A stretch of 64,000 bases of DNA from Podarcis vaucheri (taxonomy: Eukaryota), in NCBI GenBank assembly GCA_965113315.1, contig OZ220377.1; one strand, 5' to 3'. Numbering within the stretch: the first letter of the stretch is position 1; every line of letters begins with the position of its first letter. A program made the position numbers and the translations under genes. The notes beneath the pieces were generated by a model. It did not search any database. It had not been told where the DNA came from and was given only the letters and a program-made list of their open reading frames with translations. Shown here in pieces: positions 29,191-41,528 of the stretch.

Positions 29191-30216
29191 GGCATTTAGC
29201 TCGTAGGACTTAAGTCTGAAAGTAAGCAAGCCACGAAAGTGTGACACAGCTGGATATTGCTGGCTGGGGCTGAAGTAGTCCAAAATATCCGGAGAGCAGC
29301 TCATTGGCAAAGGCTGGCACAGACACTCAACGATACTGGCGGTCGCTGTTTTAAGTGCCTCGGTTTGCACAGCACGTTATATGCATTGAGATTTGTAACA
29401 CAAGCTTCTGTTCTGGAGGGTGGGTGGGGAAACACTATGAGCTTCAGATTAATCTCCTTGTATAATCTCCACTATCCCTCTGCTGAGCCTTAAATTATTA
29501 TCCGCTACATTAAATATTTTTATCCCTTCACCATCCCCCTAAATTGTTGTCTCCCCCTTCCTTTTTTTGCTCCTTGCATTTCCCTCTCCCTCCATGTTAG
29601 TCACAGACACACAAATGACTGAAAAAAGCAAAACAAAAAAAACACCTGGGTATATTTGCAACCATCTATCTGCCTAAAAGCTGCAATTTTGCCTTCACGA
29701 CACAGTGCTGCTGATTGTTCTCTTTTGCATAATGTGTAAACTCTGAGTGCTTCCTGGCGGCTGTATAAACTTTAAATACAAAGGCCATGATCTTTGCCAA
29801 ACCGAAAATGTTTTTTCACATGCCTTTGACTCCAGTATGCTCAGTCTTAAAACTCCCCCCCCCCCGTGGGTTAAAAATGGGTGCTTCATTTCGGCTGGAT
29901 CTGCCCTGTCCCCCCCCCCAAAAAAAGGCAGCAGAAATGCCATACAGCCTCATCATATTTCTGCGAATGAGGGTGGACATGTCTGAGAGGGGGCAGCCCT
30001 CTAATTGAAGTTCTGTCTGTCCAAGTCTCATTTCAAGACCAAGTACCCTAAGAAGGGGTGAGGTGCTGAAGAATATAAGAGGTGTGCTAGATCAAAGCTG
30101 TTCTAGTCCAGCGCTCTGTTCTCATAGTGCCCGACCAGATGCGCCTGGAAAGCCTGGATCTGCCTAACATCGCCCTCCCCTTTGGGGTCCTTAGCAATTG
30201 TTATTGAGAGGCACAC

Positions 30217-30480
30217 TGTTGTGTACTGAAGTTCTCACCCTGGGCCAGCAGGGGGATACTGTAGATAGTTTTCACTCAGGTCCACATATGCAAATAAGGA
30301 ATTGAAAGTGACGTTCAGTGATTGGATAGTTACAGAAAGTTGTTACTGTTGCCTTGTAGTTGAGCTCTATATAAGCAGGTTGGCTGAACCCTTCAGTTCA
30401 GTTCTGTTCTGGCCTGTGAATAAACAAGAGCTGTTTGAAGAATCACCGTGTCGTCTGATATGTTCACCCACAACTTAACA
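30217..30480 (+). mobile_element. Short solo LTR, 264 bp
   Basis: TGTT...AACA termini; 5-bp TSD CACAC; TATATAAG at 30368, AATAAA at 30419. Confidence 0.9.
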
Positions 30481-31199
30481 CACACTGCCTCTGACCAGTG
30501 GAGGTGCATCGCAGCCATTATGGCTAGCATGGACAGCACCAGGGCGGGGGGGCAGGGAGGAAGCACTCCCCAAACAAAGAGCATGCGTCCCCATTTGCCC
30601 CCCCCCCCCAGTGTTGGACTCACCTGCCAACATTTCTCCTATGAAAATATAGATGTCCTATTCCATAATAATTTTTTTATTATTTCCAGCCCATCTATTT
30701 GACTGAGTTGGCCCGGCCACTCTGGGCGGCTTCCAACATATATAAAAACATAATGAAACATTGAACATTAAAAAATACTTCCCTTTACAGGGCTGCCTTC
30801 AGACGTCTTTTAAAGGTTGTGGGGGTACTTATCTCCTCGGCTCAGGGGTCGCATAACTCCATACCCTGGAACATTTCTCTGATGGTAAAATAGGGACATC
30901 CTAAAGACCAAATCAGAAACCGGGATGGCTTCTGTAAATCCAAGACTGTCCCTGGAAAATAGGGACAATTGGAGAGTCTGCTGGACTCCTGTCATTAACA
31001 TATACCGTTACTTCTCTTTCACAGATCTTAACTTGGGGATCACAACTCGCTCTCCTAGAAATATACTTTGCCCCTTCTTCTGTCTTGCCGCCCCAAAATT
31101 TGTTTCTGGTGCCCTTATCCTCCATAACTTTTTCTCATCTCCTTTTAAAGCCATCCAAGGACAGTAGGATAACTACACAAGAGGAGCCAGGTAACTTTT

Positions 31200-31229
31200 A
31201 TGAATGAATGAATGAATGAATGAATGAAT
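31200..31229. repeat. (ATGA)n microsatellite
   Basis: Direct observation. Confidence 0.9.
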
Positions 31230-32213
31230 GGGAAAGGGACCGTTCATTCATTTTGCACGATTTCTAAGCTGTGACTCAGTGTGGCAAATCACAGCCTTTG
31301 TGCTTTGTGTGGGAGCCTTGCATCTTAATGTGGCAATTACCTTTCCAATTAGTGTTTTGTAGTGCAAAAGGGGGCACGGAGGTGTGCATTCGCAAGCCTC
31401 TGTGGTGTGACTGCGGCACAGCCATAACAAAGAAATCCTTCCTGCCCTGGGGAGCACCTTTCCTTAGAAAGCGGCATATTAGTTGTTTTGGTTAGTTAAG
31501 GCCCCTGTAGGACATTTCCTGCTTTAAGGCTGAATGATCACCCCAGGCCCTGCAACTCCACTGAGCGGCAGAACACACGCCAGGGAGGAAATAAGGAAGA
31601 ATGGCATATGGATACAGATAGTTACACATTTCTGAGCAGTGAGAGACTCCAGGGGTTCTAAGAACTCTTTTGGGGTTCGGTTTCCTTGGAGTGAAGGTCA
31701 GCGGAGACTGTGATGTATTTAGGATACAGGCAACTCCCCATTTAAGCACATTCAAGGCACATGCTTTTTTCTGTTTCCTGGATGTTGTCACCAGCTCTGC
31801 TCCTGGATTTGATCTCGGTTCAGAAGAGTCCTTCGGATGAGATACTGCTCCATATCAACAGAAAGGCTGCCAGAACCGCCACTGGCATCAGCTGAAGCTT
31901 TAAGACCTGTAACTTTAGGGACTTGTACTTGAGTTTGCTTTTCCCTCCTCCCTCCTCTTCTTTTTTCCTCATGTGCCATGTCTTCTTTTCTTTTCTTTTA
32001 AGATTGCGAGCCTGAGAGCAAGAACCGTCTTAGAACTGATATTTTTGGAAGATGCTCTCAGAGCGCTCCTTCAGCTCATTTAGTGGTGTAAATGCTGTAG
32101 ATAGATAAATACATTTCCAGCCTATGCCCTCTTTGGATTTTAGTGGGAACTGTGGCCAACTTTCTCTCTGTTTTACTTCCCAAGAGATCTGTTTTGGGGC
32201 CTGAGACTGAAAC

Positions 32214-33065
32214 TGTTAAGTTGTGGGTGAACATATCAGACGACACAACGATTCTTCAAACAGCTCTTATTTATTCACAGGCCAGAACAGAACTGAACTG
32301 AAGGGTTCAGTCACCCTGCTTATATTGAAGGGAGAGGGAAGGGTTGCTTTCTATACTTTGTACCTTTGCTTTCTATACTTTGTACCTTTGCTTTCTATTC
32401 TCTGTACCTTGAATCTAAGTTCATTTCTGAGCTAGAAATAACCAGACCTGCAAAAGGGGCCCTCGAAGGAATGTAAGATAAGACAGAGACTGTAAGCTAA
32501 TAGCCTCGCTTTCTTACCTTAGGAATGCAAGATAAAAAGGACACATACGGGGAGACGGGAGGAGGAGACGGGACGAGGGGATGCAGGACGCTTAGAAAGA
32601 CACTATAGGGAACAATAGGGAGGGCTGTTTAGAGGGCTATAGACATGCTAAAAATAAGTTGAAAACTTTCCAGTTGATTGGGGAAGTTTCTGGAGGGCGT
32701 GGGGAGGAGGGAGAGAGCCTACTCAAGGTATAAGAAAGTCTGCAGATGCGTATTTGCTAGGCAGTCAGTCTTCCAGAAATTATTCTGCTGGCTGTCTCCT
32801 CTGTGCACAGAGAATAAAACTGCTTTCCTCCAAAGAAGGATCTTTCCTGGTGTTTTCTTTTACTCTCTCTCTGGATCTGAGGACGCGGGCCAACGATTCC
32901 CTGGCATGGACTAGGCTCAGCCTACAATATAGAGCTCCAGTACAACGTTACTGTAACAACTTTCTAAAACTATCCAATCACTGAACGTCACTTTCGATCC
33001 CTTATTTGCATAACTATCTACAGTATCCCCCTGCTGGCCGAGGGTGAGAACTTCAGTACGTAACA
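32214..33065 (-). mobile_element. Second, inverted copy of the short LTR, split by a nested LTR
   Basis: Reverse complement of 30217-30480 in two pieces (32214-32325 and 32927-33065); own 5-bp TSD GAAAC (32209-32213, 33066-33070). Confidence 0.9.
32326..32926 (+). mobile_element. ERV-type solo LTR, 601 bp, nested in the short LTR
   Basis: TG...CA termini; 4-bp TSD ATAT; TATA-like GGTATAAG ~32728; AATAAA ~32813; 3 x 22-bp tandem repeat at 32344-32409. Confidence 0.88.
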
Positions 33066-33591
33066 GAAACAGTGAGTGGGCTTCTCAGAAAACAACAAGG
33101 AAAACACGAAGGCAGGCAGACTCAGGCTGCATTCACACAATACATGTCAAGTACACATCCCTTGTCCAAGGGTGCTGGAAATGATAGTTCCATTAAGGAT
33201 AAACTACCATTCCCAGGATCCTTTGGGGAGAGTGCTTTAAATGTATGGTGCCAATTTGAATCCAGTAATGCCAATCAGATTGGGGTCAGCACTATGGCCA
33301 AATCTGTTGTTCCATTTTTTCAATTTAAACCCTGTATTCCCACCGCTTGAAAATCCTCAGCAAATTACGGTATACAAGCATCTCCAATTACCAAGGGTGA
33401 ATTTTGGAGTTGTTGTGGGGGTTTTTTATATATTAAAAAATGCAATTGCAGGCTAAGCACTGCTCACTTTACACAAATGCCTCTGGTACTGCAGCGGACT
33501 TCAAAGGACGTATATGTCATTAGAAATTGCGCAGTTCAAAGGGGGGAAAGTGAGCTGTGCAGCACAAGGCAGCTGTCAGGGGAGGCAAAAT

Positions 33592-33594
<3 letters not shown>

Positions 33595-33652
<58 letters not shown>
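33595..33652. repeat. Compound (CT)n(GT)n microsatellite
   Basis: Direct observation. Confidence 0.95.
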
Positions 33653-34229
33653 ATCCCCCGCTGCAACGCATTACTTGCTGAATTTTTCATTCATTTTAAG
33701 AATGCCTCTCAGGCCTTGTTGGCAAACCATGTTCCTGTTATTATTCATAAAGGAACATCTTGGGTTTTCGGCGGTTGGGGAGAGATGGCTCATTATCACC
33801 ACAAAGCAATGGTGCGGCCCTGTATGTGAATGCTTCTGGGAGGGCAGCAACTCTCACTGAGGTAACCCTGTCCTACAAACAACAACAACAACATGCAAAA
33901 TGACATTCTTACACATTTGGCAGAGAAACATACTATTTCAAGCCAGGGCTGGCCCAGGACATTTTGCTGCCGGAGGCAAAACAGAAAATTCCGCCCCACC
34001 ACGGCCTCCCCCTCGTCCGTCTCTGCTGCGTTCCTGTCGCCACCCACCCGCCAAAAAGCACAGGAGTTGGATCTGCTGCCCCCCCCAGCTGCCCTGAGCC
34101 TGTTTGCTGCCTTGTTTCGGCATTATTAGGGCTGCCACCTTTTTCTGGCATGTGACCCTGCCGAGTAAAACCTTGGGAGAGGACCCTGCATAGTCAGCGC
34201 CTATGCAAGAAATATATTTCCAACAACTC

Positions 34230-34563
34230 GTGTGAAGTACTCAAGTACTTGGCTACTTGAACCAGGCATGATTGACAAGCGCATGTCTGGATCTCAGATT
34301 TCCCACCTGACACCACACCTTTTCTAGGACATACCTATGGTGTTTTGATGATGCTCTGCGAAATGCATTATGGGAAATCGTGGGAACTCCTCAGAACCCA
34401 TGTGCCCTTTGTTCTGGGCTTTTTCTTCCTTGTTTTGCTTGGAACCTTGCTGCAGCAATAAATGATCAGGCTTCCTAGCCACTGTTTTGCTTCAAATTTG
34501 CCTGGATGAGGTCTTCTTGCTTGAACCAGACAGATTCTGAAAATACAGGGCTAGACTGTAGCA
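34230..34563 (+). mobile_element. Possible LTR remnant
   Basis: LTR-like composition, AATAAA ~34457, ends ...TGTAGCA; no TSD found. Confidence 0.35.
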
Positions 34564-34582
34564 AAGATGGAAATGATTTAAG

Positions 34583-34584
<2 letters not shown>

Positions 34585-34624
<40 letters not shown>
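34585..34624. repeat. (TAA)n microsatellite at a retroposon tail
   Basis: Direct observation. Confidence 0.9.
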
Positions 34625-35610
34625 TTATTATTTATACCCCACCCATCTGGCTGGGTTTCCCCAGCCACTCTGGGCGGCTCCCAACAGTTTAAAAACAGAA
34701 TAAAACATCAAATATTAAAACTTCCCTAAACTGTACCCCAATATTTTGTCCCTTTCATAAGGTACTTCCTTTGCCAAAAGCGAAAAACCAAAAAAGACTC
34801 AACACCAAAGATTAAAAACAAGATAATTAGTAGAAAGTCCTTGGGCACTTTCTGCATGTTAATGCATGCAGTCTATTTTGAATAAATCGCAAACTTGTGG
34901 GTGCAGTATGGAGAACTGAACTGAACTTCAGTTGCCAGCCTGAGGTTGGAACAATGAGAATAGGGGAGAAATAGAAACTGGTGGATTCACAGATCGCTAG
35001 AAAATGGGGAAAGGATGCTGGGTGTTATGGGCCACGGTTTGGAGGAGGATGTGGCACCCAACCACTGCTGATCTGACACCAGACGTTTGGGTGGGAAGGT
35101 TAAACGTCACGCCCTGGGCACCCACTGTCATGGGGCCGCACCTGCTTCCTTGTATATAATGCTGTTTTTTAGAGTTTAAATTCTAGAGAGCCTTGGCAGG
35201 AAGGTGGCATATAAATCCCAAAAATCCAATAAATAAATATCCACACTTTACACCAACGGTTGCATTTTATACACGTTGCTTAGCTGGAGAATTGCACCGA
35301 AACATTTGGGAAAGCACATGTGTGCTTTTCAAGGTTGGCTGTGTTTCAATTCAGACATCGTTATGGAAAAGATGAGCTTGGTAGATTTGCCTTTAAAGGC
35401 AAACTGAACCAAATTTCTCCCCATCCTTAATCATCTTGCTGGCTGAGGGCAGAAAGGACGCGTTCCTGCTCATTTTCTCGTTATTCGAGTAAGACTTTGT
35501 CCGCTGCTCATTCCGCACTAAAGCCTCTTTCCAACTGACAAAGGGGGGCAGTGATTAGAAAGCCAAACATAAAATAAAAATAAATCATAGTTGCCATGGT
35601 ACAGGTGATC

Positions 35611-35724
35611 TCGAAGCTACAAACATGAGTCTGACCAAACTGCGGGAGGCAGTGGAAGACAGGAGTGCCTGGCGTGCTCTGGTCCATGGGGTCACGAAGA
35701 GTCAGACACGACTAAACAACAACA
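35611..35724 (+). mobile_element. 5'-truncated BovB (RTE) LINE 3' end
   Basis: ...GAAGACAGGAGTGCCTGGCGTGCTCTGGTCCATGGGGTCACGAAGAGTCAGACACGACT(AAC)n; 8-bp TSD AGGTGATC. Confidence 0.85.
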
Positions 35725-36446
35725 AGGTGATCGTGACCGCCTGAAAAGGTTTCCTTCACAAGCAGAGCAGCCTAGGTGACTAACAACTATATTATAAAGG
35801 AAGCTTTAGGGCAGGGACAGCCAACCTGGGTCCTGCCAAATGTCATCGGACTACAACTCCCATCGTGCTTCTCCATTGGCCATGCTGGCAGCAAAGGTGT
35901 CTCTTCAGAGTTCAGGGGAGTAGGTGCAGGCTCTCTAAAGACTGCAACTCCATGTGATACGGACCAGAGAAGGGATACATTTCCTCCTCAGGGCAATAGG
36001 TTAGCAGCACAGCATCTGCCTTGCAAACAGAAGGTCCCAGGTTCAATCCCAGGCATCTCCAGGTAAGGCTAGTTTCCTGCCTGAAACCCTGGAGAGCTGC
36101 TGTCAATCAGTATAGAAAACACTGAACTACATGGATCAATGAGTCTGAGTCAGCATAAGACAGTTTCCTGTTCTCATGAGGACTCTCCTTCCGAGGATTC
36201 CTCGGACGTTCCAAATGTTCTTGGACTGCAGCTCCCCTCATGCTGCCTGGGGTGGTATACAAATTTAATAAAATCATTTAAAAACCACAAATTTTAGGTA
36301 ATTGATTTTATTCTCGTTTTATTATTAGGATTCCTATTTGGATAACCTTTTTTGTAAAAAAATATAATGCACTTACTACTTTTCTAATAAACTGTCTTAC
36401 ATTTTAGAAGGAAAAGCACTTTGTCAATACAGTACTAAAGCTGTGT

Positions 36447-36480
36447 TGCAATGTTTGCATTCTGCCACTAGGTGTCACTA
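36447..36480 (+). promoter_or_regulatory. CTCF site with upstream motif
   Basis: Core CCACTAGGTGTCAC at 36465 with TGCAAT starting 18 bp upstream, the spacing expected for the CTCF upstream module. Confidence 0.6.
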
Positions 36481-37919
36481 TAGGTCTTAGTTGCACAACT
36501 AATACAGCAAGCAATGCCTTTTTATTTAAAAAAAAAACAGCAACAAGCAGGGAGACAATCATCGCTTGTAAACAGCTAAGTCTGGGATGCTCAATTTAAA
36601 TTCCCCACAATGCCCTAGGACTATGCTGCATCAAGCAAATTGGGGCATTGTTGAAAATTTAAAATGATGGGTGATTTCCCAGACTCAGCCACAGGTGCCA
36701 CTTAACTTTACTGCTAGGACAACAGAAAGCACTGGTGAGCCCCACAAGGACATTTTGACCCCTGGAACCTGGTGCTGATACTGTCTGGTGATTCTAGAGA
36801 GAAAGCTGCCTTAGCAACAGCCCAAACCTTTTTAGCATTCTTGAAATCATTGGTTGCTCAACGGCAGAAAAATAAACCTATTTTGCTCCTTTACCAAGAG
36901 AAAGAAGAAAACTAAATTTGCATTTCCTAACCTATATATCAGCAGGCTACACAGAAATGCAATATTCTCTCCCTCCCTCACCCCCATCTAAGCAATTTAG
37001 CTGCAAATCTCTGCCACCCAACTCGCTAAAAGAGCACTCACCATTTTTCACTCTCCGCGCATACTAAAAATCTGAAATAATCATGGCAATTAGAGATAAT
37101 TACAGTTATTTTGAAATAGGAATTCGAGTTGGATTCCGACTCGGCATCCAAGAGAGAGAGAGAAAGGGGAGGGGAAAAAGAAAAGGAAGGGTGAAGAAAA
37201 CCTGAGGAGTGCTGCCCCATTTATCATGCAAACCACTCACTCCTTTAGTTGATGATTTGCCAGATCTTTCTGTTTAAGGATTCTCTGTATAAATTACTGG
37301 ATGAGAGACAAGTGCAGCAGAAGCTGGCTGCCTGCTGTTGCTTAGCATAGCATGCGGGTTAGTTCTGCAAAAAAGAAAAAGAAGCTTGGATTAAAAAATG
37401 CAGAGTCATAGAATGGTGCTTGCCACCTCTCATCACAGCTGCATGCACCTTGTATTAATGTGTTATTTACTAAAGGAAAAGCTCTGCCATATGCTTGCCT
37501 TTCACTAAAGCAATACGAAGGACTGTTTGCAATCAACACAAACACAAAAATATTGAAAGCCTGGGCAAGAGTACCCAAAAAGACTGTGGGCGCTGTCTTA
37601 AATGTGTGCACATCACAAACCTATTGTTGGAAGATTGGGTGCAACTCAGTTTGCAGGAGGAGGTTTTTTGCACAAGTTAAGGCAGATAGAGATAGGGACC
37701 TCAAGATTCCCAGACTAAACCCTGCATCTTTAACCTCTTGAGCCAGCCTCAGCCTGGCGAAACCCAGCCAGATGGAGGGGGGGGGAATAAATAATAAAAC
37801 TATTATTATTAACCTCGCTGTTTCTCCCGTGTTAGACAGATGTTCTCATATTGCGCTCCGCTTACAAGCTGCACCTCCTTCTCATACTTCTCTCTGCCTT
37901 GTTCTTCTCTAGACTAGAG

Positions 37920-38061
37920 CATAGCTGTCAACTTTCAGATTTGAAAATAAGGGATCAGCAGCCTCACCTGTCCTGGGGATATCTAACAATCCAGGATAGC
38001 AGCGGGAAACAGCGCTGGAATAAGGGAATTTCCCGCAAAAAAGGGAAGGTTGACAGCTATG
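37920..38061. mobile_element. hAT-type MITE
   Basis: 13-bp TIR CATAGCTGTCAAC/GTTGACAGCTATG; 8-bp TSD GACTAGAG. Confidence 0.88.
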
Positions 38062-38675
38062 GACTAGAGCAAAAACACTTTCCTACAGTACGTATTTCCT
38101 GCAATAAACACAGTGCCAGATTTACTGAGGTGCGAGTGGTTCCCACGAATCGGGTGCCAAGCCGATGGGTACAAAATTGAAAAGCTCCATAATTGAAAAG
38201 ATCCATTTGGGGGCACCAAATTTTGGGCACACTCAGGGCACCATATTATGAAGGATTCCCAAAGTCCGTGCCTGATAAGCAACTTTTTTTATTTTCTTGC
38301 CTACAATCACCTGTGTTGTGTGATTGCAACAGGTAAAGTCTGCTTTCAAACTGAGATTCACTAGTTTAAACACTGGTCACTCTGCACACAGGTTTCTATA
38401 GGTAATAGGCTCTGTTATCCTATTGCATATGGAGATCCATGTTGGCCTTAGCACTCTCTTTCCAGCCAGGCTTTGGAGCATTTGCAAGCTGCATCCTGGC
38501 AAGGGGTAGAATTCTATTGCACTGTCATTAACCAATGGCAAGGGCAGGGGAAATGTGGCACAGTCCAGACATTAAGACTACAACTCCCATCATCCTTAAC
38601 CCTTGGCCATGCTGATAAGGGTTGAACTCCAACAACATGTCGAGGGCCGCAGGTTCCTGATCCCTGAGTGATGGG

Positions 38676-38815
38676 ATCACAGAATCGTTGAGTTGGAAGG
38701 GACCCCGAGGGTCATCTAGTCCAGCCCCCTGCAATGCAGGAATCTTTTGCCCAATGCGGGGCTCGAACCCACAGCCCTGAGATTAAGAGTCTCATGCTCT
38801 ACCAACTGAGCTACC
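38676..38815 (-). mobile_element. tRNA-Lys(CTT)-derived SINE with CR1-like tail (relatives at ~49565-49686 and ~62617-62712)
   Basis: Minus strand TAGCTCAGTTGGTAGAGCATGAGACTCTTAATCTCAGGGCTGTGGGTTCGAGCCCC runs directly into a CR1-type ...CCCTTCCAACTC...GATTCTGTGAT tail. Confidence 0.8.
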
Positions 38816-39187
38816 AAGGATGGTTGCTTTTTCATACAAAGAAGAAGAAGAAACACCTCCAAACGTATCTCATGAAAGCCTTTAATTAAGGTAAATTGGC
38901 TTGTCAGGAGGAGGAGGAGGAAAACAGTTCCTCTCCATTTTTTATTTTATTTTTTTGCTGTAATTGACTGGTAATATTGTTTGCTAGGTTTTGTAATAAC
39001 TCATCTAGTTGGCATAATAATAATGCCCTCACATGCACACGTCTAAAACATTGCAGTTGCTATATTTAACATTCTTACCACAGTCCCTACTTGCTTATAA
39101 TAAGGAAATCTGGTAGTTAAGAACAGAAGAATTTCCTCGCTGAGTCAGACTTTGGTCCATCTCATTCGGCATCCTGTTTCCAAAATA

Positions 39188-39446
39188 CTGTATTTTTTGC
39201 TCTATAGGACTCACTTTTTCCCTCCTAAAAAGTAAGGGGAAATGTGTGTGCGTCTTATGGAGCAAATGCAGGCTGCGCAGCTATCCCAGAAGCCAGAACA
39301 GCGAGAGGGATTGCTGCTTTCACTGCATAGCAATCCCTCTTGCTGTTCTGGCTTCTGAGATGCAGAATATTTCTTTTCTTGTTTTCCTCCTCCAAAAACT
39401 AGGTGCGTCTTGTGGTCTGTTGCGTCTTATAGAGCGAAAAATATGG
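39188..39446. mobile_element. Tigger-like MITE
   Basis: TA-CTGTATTTTTTGCTCTATAG...CTTATAGAGCGAAAAATATGG-TA. Confidence 0.8.
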
Positions 39447-40157
39447 TAGGTTTCCTCCTGGTGGAATAATAGCCTAGAGACCCCATACATCCTCCAAGGA
39501 GGGACACTTGCCTTCCCCTGGAAAATCATTCAGAGCGCGATAAGAGTCTTCTGGATTAGGCCAATGGCCCCTCTAGTCCAACCAGGTAACCCTACAGTGG
39601 CCAACCAGATGATTATGGGAAGCCCCAAAGCAACAGTATTCTCCCAACCTGTGATTCCCAGCAACTCATATTCAGAAGTATCATTGCCTCCGCCCACCAC
39701 TGGGTCCCAGTTTCTGACAGATGAGCCCTGTCTCACAGCCACACCATGCACTTGAAAAAGCACTATTACCAATCGTTTGTTAAGGGCTGCGGCCTCAGAG
39801 GGTTGCAGTTCACAGCACCCTTAACGAACTGTGGCTCTTCTCCCTTACCAGTCACAATGGGCAACAGTCATCGCCGTCAAACTGACATTTCTAAGATGTC
39901 TGCAGGAGTCTCTCTCTGTGTGTGTGTGTGTGTGTGTGTGCGCACACACACATCACTAAAAGCTCTGCTCTCCCTGCTGAACGCTGCACTCGTTTGCTCT
40001 GCAGGAACCTGCCCTCCCCTGATTTAAAGAGCCAAGAGGGTGCTTGTTCTTTGGGTCTAAAAATAGACAGGGAAAACATAATTGCCCTATTGTATACTAT
40101 TGACAGATCAAAACCAGCCCTCCCCCTTCAGCTGGTGGCTTGTGCAACCATTTAGAA

Positions 40158-40481
40158 CAGGAGTAGGCAAACTAAGGCCCGGGGGCCAGATCCAGCCCAA
40201 TCGCCTTCTAAATCCAGGCCGCGGACGGTCTGGGAATCAGTGTGTTTTTACATGAGTAGAATGTGTCCTTTTATTTAAAATGCATCTCTGGGTTATTTGC
40301 GGGGCCTGCCTGGTATTTTTATATGAGTAGAATGTGTGCTTTTATTAAAAATGCATCTCTAAGTTATTTGTGGGGCATAGGAATTCGTTCATATATATTT
40401 TTTTCAAAATATAGGCTGGCCCCCCATAAGGTCTGAGGGACAGTGGATCGGCCCCCTGTTGAAAAAGTTGGCTGACCCCTG
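40158..40481. mobile_element. hAT-type MITE
   Basis: CAGG...CCTG termini; perfect 8-bp TSD ATTTAGAA; internal tandem duplication of about 60-70 bp. Confidence 0.9.
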
Positions 40482-40854
40482 ATTTAGAAGCAAATGCAGA
40501 CTCTGGGAACATAAAGCATCCTTCACATGCTCAGAGATTTAACATCAATAAAATTTGAGGAAGGAGCCCCACCTTAGAGGATCGGTGTAGTATGCTAGTT
40601 GAAAGACTAGGCTGCCAATCGGAGAGCACATCTACACCTCACATGCAAAGCAGGAGTGGGGAACCTCTGGTCCTCCAGGTGTTGCCAAACTACAACTCCC
40701 AACAGCCTCAGCAAGCAAGGCCAATGGCCAGGGAAGATGGGACTTGCAGTTCAGAAGCACCTGAAGGGCTGAAGGTTACTGGCACCTGATTTAAAACACT
40801 CTTATGCCACTCTAATGGTCCTGGCTTTCACCACCAAAGTATCCTGGGAACTGT

Positions 40855-41528
40855 TGTGATAGGAATTTTATGGTCTTAGATATATGGTAATGTTCATAAC
40901 TGCACATACATAGATCAACACAGGAAGACCAACCTGGAACCATTTTGATTCCTAAACTGACCAAATCCTTTCTCTGCAAGGTTAAACTGGAAAAGCCTCC
41001 CCATTGTCTCTTTCCTCACAAATCCTGTCTCAAAGATATGAATAAGGTGTGAGCCTGTGACCTGGCCCAGGAAATAAGTATTTTACCACTACAAAAGAAT
41101 GGCCAGGCTCCCCAGGCAATCCAATCAAGTAACTTGCCAGACAGGAGATAAACTGTGACAGGAGAAAAACAACATTAAAATTTCTGTGATGTAGGTGGGA
41201 TGTATCTGAGGGGTGGTCTTAGGTTACACCCCTTCTGTGATGTATGCATAATGTTTCTGGGGGTGGTCTTGATCTAGAGAATGGGAATTTCAAAAGTCTT
41301 TATAAGGCCTTGCACGGCATTTTGGGGGGTCCTCTTCCTCTCCTGCGTGTGAGGGGAGCACCCTGTTGCAACAGATTAATAAAGATCAAGCTTACTAGCT
41401 GCTTTGCTTCTCAATATTCTCTGGTTGGCCTCTGTTATTTTCTCCTACCAATAGGGAACCTATGTAAAGACTCTATATGGGCTCTTGGATACCCCATAAG
41501 GGAAAAGGGCATATTTTTATTTACAACA
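40855..41528 (+). mobile_element. ERV-type solo LTR, 674 bp, nested in an older repeat
   Basis: TG...CA termini; 4-bp TSD CTGT; TATAAG at 41301; AATAAA ~41378; duplicated TTCTGTGATGTA...GGGGTGGTCTT; removing it restores GGGAACTGTAGTTGGTTAAGGG. Confidence 0.87.

Noticed and set aside
30217-33065. One full retrotransposon or TIR element bounded by the two similar repeats
   Set aside because: The copies are inverted, each has its own distinct TSD, and there is no gag/pol or transposase between them
38745-38815. tRNA-Lys(CTT) gene
   Set aside because: The 5' acceptor stem is missing, there is no Pol III T-run terminator, and it runs into a CR1-like tail; it is a SINE head with several relatives in the window
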